A DNA stretch of 64,000 bases from the NCBI GenBank assembly GCA_903813345.2, contig CAIIXF020000001.1, positions 24,180,001 to 24,244,000 of the forward strand, in the 5' to 3' direction. The first letter of the stretch is position 1. Each line of letters starts with the position of its first letter. This DNA comes from Owenia fusiformis. Its lineage: Eukaryota. The translations under genes and the position numbers were made by a program. The notes under the pieces are model-generated. The model was not told where the DNA came from. It saw nothing but the letters and a program-made list of their open reading frames with translations, and did not search any database. Of the stretch, positions 40,135 through 53,883 are shown one piece after another.

Positions 40135-41569
40135 CTTATGTTAGTTCATTGACTTACCCTGGTCATAAAGCACAAAGAATCAATTTCCATATGGGGTATT
40201 CTATAACTTTTAAGTTGTGCTATTCAAAACTATTTCAGATACTTTTGAAAAAACATCACTATCTAAGAAATATGATTGCAAATACTAATTAATTAGTAAG
40301 TTTTCTCTAGTAGAATAGCTATATACTGTACATTTACATCTATCAGTATTCTCCCCAGAATCTTTTTTCTCAAGTAGGTGCAAAATTATCATTTTCACAA
40401 TTCTTACAAATGGTATGTCAATTTTCCTAAGCCCATTTTCAAAATCTCAAGTGGGGGCAGTACCCACTACCTTCAATGCTGGAGAAATCACTGGATAGTG
40501 GATATGGTGTCCAAATATTTACATTTGTGGAGAATACTAAATTAATTTAATTTTGTTTCATTTTTAAACATTTGCTTTGCTCCAAAACAAAATTGGTAAA
40601 ATGTTGATTTTGCATTTACATGATTTCAAAGCAATATTCCTAAATACAAGCAAAAGTTACAAAGTAATTTATCCCAAACAAAAATTATTCAATTCAAATT
40701 TCCACAATTGTTGATATTTGTACACTCAAACACAAAGAACATTAGAACACAAAGCACACAAACACATATCTGATCCAACAGTACAATATTAACTAGCTAG
40801 AAAGCGATACCAATGATATGGGAGAACGTCTACATGAACGACTACAAATCACTACTCTAGGAAATGCAAAGGTTTAATGATAAAAACATGTACCTGATTT
40901 AAAAGTAATAGTACGGGTTCCTAAATTGAATGAAAAATCACAATGAGACACAAAGTATAAAGGTTACATAAGATTAATATTTTGAGCATAAAGGCCTCTG
41001 GAGATACCAAGGTAATATTTCTTGGTCCTATTCTCTAAATATAAATCCAAAGGGAATAAATGTACCCAATGTTAACACTTCCGAAACACTTCAAATTATC
41101 TGCTGAAGATTTGATATCCAAATTATGTTCCCAGGTGACGATAATACCTTATACATAAGGGGATGGCCTTCATGCTCCATGATGTCATTTTGCTAAAGGC
41201 CCACCATGTATACTTCATAACATTAAAATACAAACTATTTGATTACTAAAATAATGTATGTCATAGATAATACTAATTTTAATTTTAACAATATGGTAAG
41301 CCACATAGAATGAGTTAATGCGGACCTTTTGCATGTACTGACACAATGCACAAGGCCTACAGACTAAAAATGCAACATGGGTTTAAAACTACTTTGACAC
41401 TCAAAATTAAAATTTCATGTCTATTCTAAATTATCAATATAAAAGGATGTCCAAATATTTCTCACAACAGCCAGCAAAAATTCAATAAACACTGCATGTT
41501 ATCTTCTGCACTGTGAAAACAATGGAATAAACAAAAGATACGAACATACACCAAAACTTATCTCATGCA

Positions 41570-44500
41570 CTGCAAATGCTATAGAATAAGCAAAACATCT
41601 GAACAGAAATCCTAGATTATTTACTGTACGGCAAATGCTACAGAATAAGCAAAACATCCAAACAGAAATCCTAGATTATTTACTGTACAGCAAATGCTAC
41701 AGAATAAGCAAAACATCCAAACTGAAATCCTAGATTATTTACTGTACGGCAAATGCTACAGAATAAGCAAAACATCAAAATTGAAATCCTAGATTATTTA
41801 CTGAACTGCAAATGCTACAGAATAAGCAAAACATCCAAACCAAAATCCTAGATTATTTACTGTACGGCAAATGCTACAGAATAAGCAAAACATCCAAACT
41901 GAAATCCTAGATTATTTACTGTACAGCAAATGCTAAAGAATAAGCAAAACATCCAAACTGAAATCCTAGATAATTTACTGTACGGCAAATGCTACAGAAT
42001 AAGCAAAACATCCAAACTGAAATCCTAGATTATTTACTGTTCGGCAAATGCTACAGAATAAGCAAAACATCCAAACTGAAATCCTAGATTATTTACTGTA
42101 CGGCAAATGCTACAGAATAAGCAAAACATCCAAACTGAAATCCTAGATTATTTACTGTACTGCAAATGCTACAGAATAAGCAAAACATCCAAACAGATAC
42201 CATAGATTATCTATTGTACTGCAAATGCTACAGAATAAGCAAAACATCCAAACAGATACCATAGATTATTTACTGTACTGCAAATGCTACAGAATAAGCA
42301 AAACATCCAAACTGAAATCCTAGATTATTTACTGTACGGCAAATGCTACAGAATAAGCAAAACATCCAAACTGAAATCCTAGATTATTTACTGTACGGCA
42401 AATGCTACAGAATAAGCAAAACATCCAAACAGATATTTATTGTACAGCAAATGCTAAAGAATAAGCAAAACATCCAAACTGAAATCCTAGATTATTTACT
42501 GTTCGGCAAATGCTACAGAATAAGCAAAACATCCAAACTGAAATCCTAGATTATTTACTGTACGGCAAATGCTACAGAATAAGCAAAACATCCAAACTGA
42601 AATCCTAGATTATTTACTGTACGGCAAATGCTACAGAATAAGCAAAACATCCAAACAGATACCATAGATTATTTACTGTACTGCAAATGCTACAGAATAA
42701 GCAAAACATCCAAACTGAAATCCTAGATTATTTACTGTACGGCAAATGCTACAGAATAAGCAAAACATCCAAACTGAAATCCTAGATTATTTACTGTTCG
42801 GCAAATGCTACAGAATAAGCAAAACATCCAAACTGAAATCCTAGATTATTTACTGTACGGCAAATGCTACAGAATAAGCAAAACATCCAAACTGAAATCC
42901 TAGATTATTTACTGTACTGCAAATGCTAAAGAATAAGCAAAACATCCAAACAGATACCATAGATTATCTATTGTACTGCAAATGCTACAGAATAAGCAAA
43001 ACATCCAAACAGATACCATAGATTATTTACTGTACTGCAAATGCTACAGAATAAGCAAAACATCCAAACTGAAATCCTAGATGATCTACTGTACGGTAAA
43101 TGCTACAGAATAAGCAAAACATCCAAACTGAAATCCTAGATTATTTACTGTACGGCAAATGCTACAGAATAAGCAAAACATCAAAATTGAAATCCTAGAT
43201 TATTTACTGAACTGCAAATGCTACAGAATAAGCAAAACATCCAAACCAAAATCCAAGATTATTTACTGTACGGCAAATGCTACAGAATAAGCAAAACATC
43301 CAAACTGAAATCCTAGATTATTTACTGTACAGCAAATGCTAAAGAATAAGCAAAACATCCAAACTGAAATCCTAGATTATTTACTGTACGGCAAATGCTA
43401 CAGAATAAGCAAAACATCCAAACTGAAATCCTAGATTATTTACTGTACGGCAAATGCTACAGAATAAGCAAAACATCAAAATTGAAATCCTAGATTATTT
43501 ACTGTACGGCAAATGCTACAGAATAAGCAAAACATCCAAACTGAAATCCTAGATTATTTACTGTTCCGCAAATGCTACAGAATAAGAAAACATCCAAACT
43601 GAAATCCTAGATTATTTACTGTACAGCAAATGCTAAAGAATAAGCAAAACATCCAAACTGAAATCCTAGATTATTTACTGTACGGCAAATGCTACAGAAT
43701 AAGCAAAACATCCAAACTGAAATCCTAGATTATTTACTGTTCGGCAAATGCTACAGAATAAGCAAAACATCCAAACTGAAATCCTAGATTATTTACTGTA
43801 CGGCAAATGCTACAGAATAAGCAAAACATCCAAACTGAAATCCTAGATTATTTACTGTACTGCAAATGCTACAGAATAAGCAAAACATCCAAACAGATAC
43901 CATAGATTATCTATTGTACTGCAAATGCTACAGAATAAGCAAAACATCCAAACAGATACCATAGATTATTTACTGTACTGCAAATGCTACAGAATAAGCA
44001 AAACATCCAAACTGAAATCCTAGATGATCTACTGTACGGCAAATGCTACAGAATAAGCAAAACATCCAAACTGAAATCCTAGATTATTTACTGTACTGCA
44101 AATATGCTACAGAATAAGCAAAACATCCAAACTGAAATCCTAGATTATTTACTGTACTGCAAATGCTACAGAATAAGCAAAACATCCAAACTGAAATCCT
44201 AGATGATCTACTGTACGGCAAATGCTACAGAATAAGCAAAACATCCAAACTGAAATCCTAGATTATTTACTGTACTGCAAATATGCTACAGAATAAGCAA
44301 AACATCCAAACTGAAATCCTAGATTATTTACTGTACGGCAAAACATCCAAAATGAAATCATAGATTATTTACTGTACTGCAAATGCTATAGAATACGCAA
44401 AACATCCAAACCAAAATCCTAGATTATTTACTGTTCGGCAAATGCTACAGAATAAGCAAAACATCCAAACAGATACCATAGATTATTTATTGTACAGCAA

Positions 44501-45310
44501 ATGCTAAAGAATAAGCAAAACATCCAAACTGAAATCCTAGATTATTAACTGTACGGCAAATGCTAGAGAATAAGCAAAACATCCAAACTGAAATCCTAGA
44601 TTATTTATTGTACAGCAAATGCTACAGAATAAGCAAAACATCCAAACAGATACCATAGATTATCTATTGTACTGCAAATGCTACAGAATAAGCAAAACAT
44701 CCAAACAGATACCATAGATTATTTACTGTACTGCAAATGCTACAGAATAAGCAAAACATCCAAACTGAAATCCTAGATTATTTACTGTTCGGCAAATGCT
44801 ACAGAATAAGCAAAACATCCAAACTGAAATCCTAGATTATTTACTGTACGGCAAATGCTACAGAATAAGCAAAACATCCAAACAGATACCATAGATTATT
44901 TATTGTACAGCAAATGCTAAAGAATAAGCAAAACATCCAAACAGATACCATAGATTATTTATTGTACAGCAAATGCTACAGAATAAGCAAAACATCCAAA
45001 CAGATACCATAGATTATTTATTGTACAGCAAATGCTACAGAATAAGCAAAACATCCAAACAGATACCATAGATTATCTATTGTACAGCAAATGCTACAAA
45101 ACAAGCAAAATAGCTAAACAGATCTATCCTAGATATTTACTGCACAGCAAAGCAACAGAATAAGCAAAACATCCAAACTGAAAATCTAGAATATTTACTA
45201 TACTGCAAATGCTACAAAATAAGCAAAATGATACCACAGACCATTTACTGCACTATCAAACTACAGAATAAGCAAACTATTGAAACAGATAGCATAGATT
45301 ATTTACAACA
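41570..45310. repeat. 59-bp tandem satellite, about 62 copies
   Basis: Unit CAAATGCTACAGAATAAGCAAAACATCCAAACTGAAATCCTAGATTATTTACTGTACGG. Two main variants (CTGAAATCCT vs CAGATACCAT); degenerate edges. Confidence 0.98.
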
Positions 45311-45359
45311 CTGCAACAAAGTTCGCGATCACTGCAAAAAATATAAAATTACCAAAGTA

Positions 45360-48300
45360 TCACAGCACTAATCTGTATAAATAAATAAATAAGCATGTAG
45401 ACACTAAGAAATGGTTCAGACATTGAACTGACCAGCCAGTTTCTTTATTCTTGTCTGGTGACACATGTTTGCCATAGCATTCCAAAGGGCCAATGGTGAA
45501 ATATCCCTTCTCCTGTTCGCTATTCCCTAGTTGTAAAAATAATTAAGATGAACTTTACAGATGAAGAAAATATTTTCAATGTTGTTAAGTTGTCACATCG
45601 TTAAATATTGTGAGTATTCCCATGAGTACATGTGCAGCTGTATAGTGAATGGTGATGTTACAAATGTAACCATGTGGTTCCTCATCTTCCTTAAATCCTG
45701 CAGAAGTTCTCATCTACAGAAGTTACTTCACCTACATGAATATCTCAAATGGTATGAATTATCTGATTTTCTACTTCTTATAATAACACATTTTCATCTC
45801 AGACCCACCTGTCTCTCCAGCAAAGATAGTATGTACAGGAAGATCTTTCTTGTGTTCAATATAGCCCTCATCAGATCTCCATACATTATCATTAGCATCG
45901 CAGTTACACACAGTGGGGGGAGGGTCAGGCAACTCAGTGCTTCTGGCGCAGGATTCATTCATATAACAGGCACAGGCCTTGCTGTCTACATCTGCACCAC
46001 CCCAGTAGTACCTGCGGAAGCAATACAAGGGGTACTCAATAGTACTAATACATGTGCTTGTATGTTCATGTTAACTGAAGAATCAAAATGATATATTTAC
46101 AGAGATTGAAGGTGACATGTAAGTCTAAATGCAAGCTATGTTATGAATTTATTCTTGGCACCTTCTTGGCAAAATAACTGTTAATATAAGGATGATGGTG
46201 CATATTTTCTCAAATGTGTTGCTAAAAATGTATTTAAGTCCAAAATGGTTTAAACCTTTGTAAACAATAGCATTTTGATCAATCACAGCAACCCATGTAG
46301 AACCCACATGGGTTGGCCCCCTTGACTATATGACTGATCCCAATTGATTTTCTCTTATTACTAAACCCCACACTTTGTTGCAGAAACCATATGACCTTTG
46401 ATGCATCAGCTGTTTTTCAACCAAGGGATGTCCCTTATAGGATTAACCTATAACCAATAACTTACAAATTATTTGCAAGATATTTTTTCATTGGTATAAT
46501 ATGCAATTAATCATGTACAAAATCAGAATTAATCCCTGTTTAGATGACAAACACTGCATCCCTGGTTAAAACCTTAGCAAGCTATTTAAAAGACCTTCAA
46601 TCTATAAATTCTGAGAATTTGGAGTACTAATCCTTACTTTTGTATGTTTTTCCTGTTGGACCAGAATGTGTTCTTGCTTTCTACATCATAGGGGCTAGTA
46701 ATGGCTGCATTGTAGCACTCCCATTTAACATACTGCCTACAGTACTCTGATCGGTCCACTAGGGCTATGACATCACTCATCTCTAAGCCATAATCAAGAT
46801 CTTGTTCATATTCTCCTGGACCCTCATAACCCTGGACCTCCATTTTCTCCTCTTGATTGTGATCTGATAAATAATTTAGAGAATCAGCATTAAGGATATA
46901 TATTGCACTTTGGATCAAACATGTATTTCTTGAAACCAGAAAGGGATGCAATGGTGACAAAGCGATAATGTGACAAAGTGTCACAAGGTGTAACAATTGT
47001 TACAGACACTGATTCCAAAGCTGAATGCTTATTACAAAAAATTGTTACTTTTAACAGTATGTTACTATTTAGTGATATTTCAGTTCCAACTGGTTCAATG
47101 AGTTCAGGTTTACATAAGTTAAGGTGGACACTATAGATGGTGTGAACAAACATCATTATACTATTCTACAAGTAAAAATCTCATACAAGTTAAGCAACTT
47201 TGCTATTCAAACTCAGTCTCTCTTTAAATGTATGTAGTGTCATTTGATGTGTCATTCTGGATGTACTTACGTAGCACCATGACTCCTACACCATCCATCA
47301 TCTCCAAGTCACAATATACAAATATAGGGCCATATGACGACTCTTCACCATCTGGATCTACCTCTGCAAGCCTGCTTTCAAGTAAGCCTCTTTCCATCAG
47401 CTCTGAACATGTCCGAGCTACAATCATATATCAACTCATGATTTCATCATAGTTTGTAATGGGCAATAATACAGGTGCATTCACTCCATAGCACTTCATT
47501 CATGATTGCAATTCCATAGCACTCCATTCAAGATTGCAATAATATTTCTAATATCAATAGGATGGTTACATTCTGGGTTGATGGGAAGAGCAGTGAAATT
47601 AATGCAAACATTCTTCTTATACTGTACTCCGGGTATTGTTCGCGTGCGATTTAATTTCGCTTTGTTCGCGAATGTAGTAAAATCGTGAACATTTATCGTC
47701 GCGAAATTTGTCTTTTAAATCCCCGGGGATTTGACCCGGGACTTTTGATATGTTTCGTTCGGTGTAAAACGCTGATTTACAGCTGATTGTGATCACTCTT
47801 TTTGTATTTGATTATCAACAATTACTAGTATTAGTAATAGTACTATACTCTCAGACTGTATGTTCTTTTTCTTCAATATACAGTACTAGTACATTGAGAA
47901 AATGTTAACATGGGGTATTGTTCAATTTTATATCAACAATTGATGTACTTGCTAAGCTCATGCATATGTAAAAAGGCATGTAAGTATGTTAATATTATCG
48001 ATATGGAGTTTACAGAGCTGGAGGAAAAAATTCAAATTGTGCAATCCGCGAAATGTCATCAACTCAAATCCGCGAAATTAAATAGCGTCGAAATTTACCA
48101 GGAGTACAGTATTTCAATTCTCACTTTTAAATGTAATGTAATGTACCTCTGAAATAGTTTTTTATATCTGTAACAGAATATTTTTCATCACCCACCAATC
48201 ACAAAATTCAGACCATGTTTTGGTAACTCTATGTCTTTTGGGTTTCAAACTGTAAATTAAAGGAAGTACTTTACCAGTGCTTGAGAGAAATACATACCAT

Positions 48301-49910
48301 ATGGTTCACAGTCATAGGTGTGGCAATCCTGGGTCTCTGTACTGTTTCCTTCACATTCTTTGGTACGGTCCCCGAATGATGTGGTATTACAGTGGCGCTC
48401 CCTGGAACGGGAACCTCCACCACATGTTGTAGAGCAAGGTGACCATGTCTCCCAACTTAACCATAGTCCTGAAACTGTTGCAAATAAAATACAATTAATA
48501 GATTACTCAATACAAACATACAATAGGTCAAAGTACAACGGCAAGCTCTGTACATACAGTCTACAGTATAGCAAAACAAACGCATGTGGTCAGCCAAAAA
48601 ATACACCCAAATTATCTTTCATGACTAATTATGTTGCATTAGTTTCATCTCAACTTTGAGAGCTTTCGATATAAGTTATTTGGAATATGTATACGCAAAC
48701 TTGTATTTGTACGAGTCAGGTATAGCACAGGGGAGGAACTATGGAATACAAGGTGCTTGAAAGCCCATGATATAAGTTATTTGGAATACGTATACGCAAA
48801 CTTGTACTTGTACGAGTCAGGTATAGCACAGGGGAGGAACTCAGGAAACGAAGATAGAGTGCTTTCATCTTTCAAATCACAACAAAATATTTGGCAAGTA
48901 TGTAGTTTGTGAGTTCTGGTTTCAAACATTGATTACAACTGAGAAATTAATTCTGCCATTGCTGGGTTATTCACATATTAATTCCCTCGATTACATTGGA
49001 TAAGGATTAGGATTACCTTTCCAGTGATGTTTATGTCATTTAAAAGTTAGCCTTGCAGTATAAGTTTGATTGAAAAGTTATATCGAAAGCTCTCTATTAA
49101 AATTATGTACTGTACAATGCACATGTACAACAAGCACATATAGCAATACTATGGTAACTAGAGCCATACAATGGTAACTAGAGCCATACTATGGTAACTA
49201 GGGCCATACTATGGTAGCAAGAGCAATACTAACTGACTATCAGCCACACGCTATACCAATATCTGTTTTACTCACTGTTACAGTGAAATCACTTCTTGGC
49301 ATTGTACAGAATATTCAAATCAAAGTTTAGATATACAAGAAAATAATAAAGATAACATCAAATTGCAAAATGGAATAAAAATACAATCATGTAGCTTTAT
49401 ATAAACATTTCAATCAATTCAAATAAAATATGAGACCAATAACCTACTCAGACATGTTTCTGTTCCACATATCTCTGTCTGTGTGTCGGGACCATGACAC
49501 TCTTCCCCATTATAATATGGGCCATCACATGTCCTGTTACGGGTTCTGATACCTCCACCACATGTAACACTGCATTCGCTCCATAATCCCCAGGTATTGT
49601 ATACACCATCAACTACAAGTAAAATACACAAATATATGATATGAGGAAAGACAATGCAATACAGACGGTGAACACAACTTGAAGTCTGAATTTCTTTATG
49701 ATTCATATGATAATGATTTCAGGATGGTAAGGGGAGGGGGCGTACCTGGACAATGATGAGTGTTACAGTCTGCTGTCTCTTGGCTATCTCCCTCACACGG
49801 CTTTCCATCATAGAATGGCCCTAAACAACTACGCTCTCGCTGCTTGGCTCCCCCTCCACAGCTAAGTGAGCAATCTCCCCATTGTTCCCAGTCTGCATAA
49901 ATTCCATCAA
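45360..49910 (-). CDS. Extracellular protein, 3' part: at least 3 thrombospondin type-1 repeats plus a CASPR/neurexin-IV-type fibrinogen-like domain
   Basis: Exons 49746-49910, 49448-49612, 48298-48474 (each a phase-1 TSP1 exon: W..W..CS..CGGG...R.R.C), 47271-47417, 46638-46863, 45809-46011, 45360-45526. Motifs VDPDG..VYCD, GYEGPGEY, SEYCRQYVKWEC, YWGG..CAC, CNCDANDNVWRSDEG..LPV..GETG, GYFTIGPLECYG. 5' end not identified; last exon boundary less certain. Confidence 0.88.
47622..48109. mobile_element. TA-flanked MITE (Tc1/mariner-like ends)
   Basis: TA|CTGTACTCC.GGTA...TACCAGGAGTACAG|TA; subterminal CGCGAA motifs. Confidence 0.75.
48658..49094. mobile_element. MITE with GAGAGCTTTCGATATAA TIRs and an internal ~100-bp-period duplication
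   Basis: 17-bp inverted termini; GATATAAGTTATTTGGAATA...GGGGAGGAACT repeated at ~48668 and ~48769. Confidence 0.7.
49146..49232. repeat. 20-bp tandem repeat (ATACTATGGTAACTAGAGCC), about 4 copies
   Basis: Directly visible. Confidence 0.85.
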
Positions 49911-51609
49911 CTGGAAGTAGCACAATGTTAACATTTAAACAATGACAGATGTATACTTGTATGATAAAATACATAAAACATTGACTTATTTTCAGCCACT
50001 CTGTGATGTTGTAAGAGAATGAAACTCTGAGAGCAACATTACTGGAATTCACTGTAGTCAAAAGTTGTTTTGAAGCTGATTATAAAATGATGATGTTTTT
50101 ATTTAAAAATGTACATTTGTAGCGATAGTGGTTCAATTGTGTAAAAAAATGATGAAACCAGGAAAAATGATGAGTACAATGTATGATGCCCATGATGACA
50201 GTTTATGCTATAAGTGAAATGCCAAGCACAGTGATTATGGCAATGGTAGGATTTGTACAAGAACATTTTAGCAGACTGCCAGCTGGCAAAGCAGTTCAAG
50301 CAAAAGGAAGTGTTGTGAGATATTCATGTTTAAAATAAATTTTATCAAAGGCATGGCCAATGACAAAACTATAGTTCTCTTTCAAACATTCCTCATTTTA
50401 GATATCTTAAGCTAGAAATAGATAGCAGTTAAACATAGCAGCATAAATGGAATGTGTAACCATGCATTATCTTAGCCCAATGAGTTTACTTTTTTTTCGA
50501 TGATTTAAAAGTTCAGAATGATATTTGGGAGGTGTTGTGGTGTCTCCTGACTACAGGCTTCTACATCAATCAAATGAACTATATAATATGTATCTATGTT
50601 TCAAATCAACTCCCTCTGAAATGGATGAAAAAATCAGTGCAGTAACATTTGAATTATTGCCTGAATTGAATTATTGCCTGAATTGACAGATGGAATTACT
50701 TTCAGAAAGCTATTATCATCTGTTTCATTCCCTAAAAACTCAAGATTATCTAACTCTTCTTTCTGTCACACATCTGTTTCTATTTGCAAGGATTCCACGA
50801 CCAAGGTATTCACATTTATTTCCCTATATAAACTGGATCAGTTTGTGAACAGGCATTTGCATATGGGGAAAACATTCATAATTTTCTTATGATCTTTTAG
50901 CTGTAAACGTAGCGTCATTATTATTTAATAAGGCTAGGATAAATATGATATATAATAAGCGGGTCAAGCAAAGTGATATGACAAAAAAGCAAATATTGAG
51001 TCAAATCCTCTTATTGCGAAACTAATTTAGAAATCATTGATTAGACAAAAGCAAATATTGAGTCAAATTTTCCCTTTGCCAAACTTATTTAAGAAATCAT
51101 AATTGAAGACAAAATTAACAGAATAATTGAGATAAATAGTCTTCAATTTATATTACACAACAGTTTAGAAATGACTTGTTCACTTACATGGCACTCCAGG
51201 TTCTAAAAATCGTAATTGAAATGTTACAATTCTGCAAATCTTATCCAGTAGCCCTTTATATGATAAATGGGATGATACATGTGTTTTGATATAAATGCTC
51301 TCATTTTTTTGCATTTATGCATTTGCAATGTAATGAAAATGCAATGAAACAAGTAAAATAATAGAATGTTTTATTTATCTTAAAACTAAATTGTTTTTCA
51401 TCAATATTCAAACAAATGAAGAAGCATACATTCCAAGGAAAATAACTTGGAAACATTTATAATACTAACCTAACCAGCTAGATCTACACATAGATCTACA
51501 CTAATAGACTTGAAGACATGACAATGATTACAGTACTACTGTATATGAAATATCTTGTGCTGTGAATAATAATTTATTAATTAATCATTAGTTGCCCCGG
51601 CGAAAAAGC

Positions 51610-53600
51610 ATGGAATAATTCCTGATTATTCGTGAATTATTCATCAATATTCATGTAAAATATTCATGAATAATCCACCAATGAAGAATAATTATTCATG
51701 AACTATTCATGAATATGCGTGATCATCAATTTGGACACTTCCCCAAAATTCTTCAAAACTGAATTACTGGAATATTCATGAATAAACTTTCAAGGACCCG
51801 TGAAGAATAAACAAGAACAAAAAAGAAAGAAATATCAAGGAATTTTTGAAGAATAAACATGAATTTATATTCCTTTTTATTCTTCACATTCTGATTCAGC
51901 AAAAATCATGAATTCTTCAAGCATATGCTTGAACATCAATTTGGATATTCTTCATTATTCTTCAAAATCCTTCTATGTTCATCATTTATTACTCATTTTT
52001 CATCATATGATAACTAGCACACCTGCCATGAATTATTCAAGAATAAAGATGAATAAAAATTTTAATTGTCGTGGAATTTTATAAGAATAAAGAAGGAGAA
52101 ATTTTTATGAATCTTTAAGAATACACAAGAATGAGCATTCATGATTTTTGACGAATAAACAAGAATTAATATTCTTCTTTATTCTTCAAATTTCTAGTAA
52201 GCAAATTCATGAATTATTCAAGCATATGCTTGAACATCAATTTGGACATTCTTCATTATTCTTCACAATCCTTCTATGTTCATCATTTATTCCCCAAATT
52301 TTCATCATATGATAACTTGCTCACCTGCCATGAATTATTAAAGAATAAAGATGAATAGAAATCCTGATTATCAGGAATTTTTTAAGAATAAAGAAGGAGA
52401 AATCTTTATGAATCTTTAAGAATACACAAGAATAAACGTTCATGATTTTTGACGAATAAACAAGAATTAATATTCTTCTTTATTCTTCAAATTTCTAGTA
52501 AGCAAATTCATGAATTATTCAAGCATATGCTTGAACATCAATTTGGACATTCTTCATTATTCTTCACAATCCTTCTATATTCATCATTTATTCCCCAAAT
52601 TTTCATCATATGATAACTTGCTCACCTGCCATGAATTATTGAAGAATAAAGATGAATAGAAATCCTGATTATCAGGAATTTTTTAAGAATAAAGAAGGAG
52701 AAATCTTTATGAATCTTTAAGAATACACAAGAATAAACATTCATGATTTTTACGAATAAACAAGAATTAATATTCTTCTTTATTCTTCAAATTTCTAGTA
52801 AGCAAATTCATGAATTATTCAAGCATATGCTTGAACATCAATTTGGACATTCTTCATTATTCTTCACAAACCTTCTATGTTCATCATTTATTCCCCAAAT
52901 TTTCATCATATGATTACTTGCTCACCTGCCATGAATTATTAAAGAATAAAGATGAATAGATTATCAGAATTTTTTAAGAATAAAGAAGGAAAAATCGTCA
53001 TGAATCTCTAAGAATAAACAAGAATAAACATTCTCGTTTTTGAAGAATATATATTAATAAATATTCTTCTTTATTCTTCAAATTTCTAGGAAGCAAATTC
53101 AAGAATTATTCAAGCATATGCTTGGACATCAATTTTGATATTCTTCAATATTCTTCACAATCCCTCTATGTTCATGATTTATTCCTCAATTTTCATCATA
53201 TGATAACTTGACACTTTCCATGAATTATTCAAGAATAAAGATCCTTATTATCAGGGATTTCTTAAGAATAAATGAGAAATCTTCATGAATAAACATTCAT
53301 GTTTTTGATGAATAAACAAGAATTAATATTCTTCTTTATTCTTCAAATTTCTAATCAAATTGATGAATTATTCAAGCATATGCTTGAAAACTAATTCTTA
53401 AATATTCATCGGTAATTCTTCAATTTTCAAACTTCCAGTCACTATTGAGTTCCCAAGAATAAAGATGAATAAACATTCAGGATTATTATTATCACTTTAG
53501 AATAATGAAGAATAAATTCTTCATGAATAAACAAGGATTCCTTTATGATTTTTAAGAATGAAAATATTTTAAAGAATAAATGATAAAAACTTACCTCATT
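51610..53600. repeat. Subterminal tandem array, ~300-bp unit, 6-7 copies
   Basis: Marker AAGCATATGCTTG at ~51919, 52220, 52521, 52821, 53112 and 53374; units rich in GAATAAA/TTTATTC and TCATGAAT. Confidence 0.92.
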
Positions 53601-53883
53601 TCTTTTTACTGAGTTATTCATGTATATGCATCATGGGTAGTAATCAGAAAATGCTTCATTATGCATCACCTCAATTTTTTATCTGATGTTTGCACTTTCC
53701 CTGAGTTTCTCAAGAATAAATATGAATAAAGAATAAACAATTCAATTGAAGTTACATAGAACTGCTTTATATTATTCTTAACAAATACTGTCAAACTACA
53801 AAATGAGTGTCCTTCTACAGGAAAGTTACAAAGTTACAAATACAAGTGTCTTGTCAAGTTGCAAATACAAGTGTCTTACGCAT

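Noticed and set aside
41570-45310. CRISPR-like regular array, and ORF 42343-42549
   Set aside because: Units are contiguous with no unique spacers, there are no cas genes, and the context is eukaryotic; it is a satellite.
45561-46091. 176-aa + strand ORF
   Set aside because: Antisense shadow of a real - strand exon (45809-46011).
51930-52850. CATCAATTTGGA in the 300-bp unit as an Insensitive-type BEN binding site
   Set aside because: It only loosely resembles the CCAATTGG-type palindrome; too many mismatches to claim.
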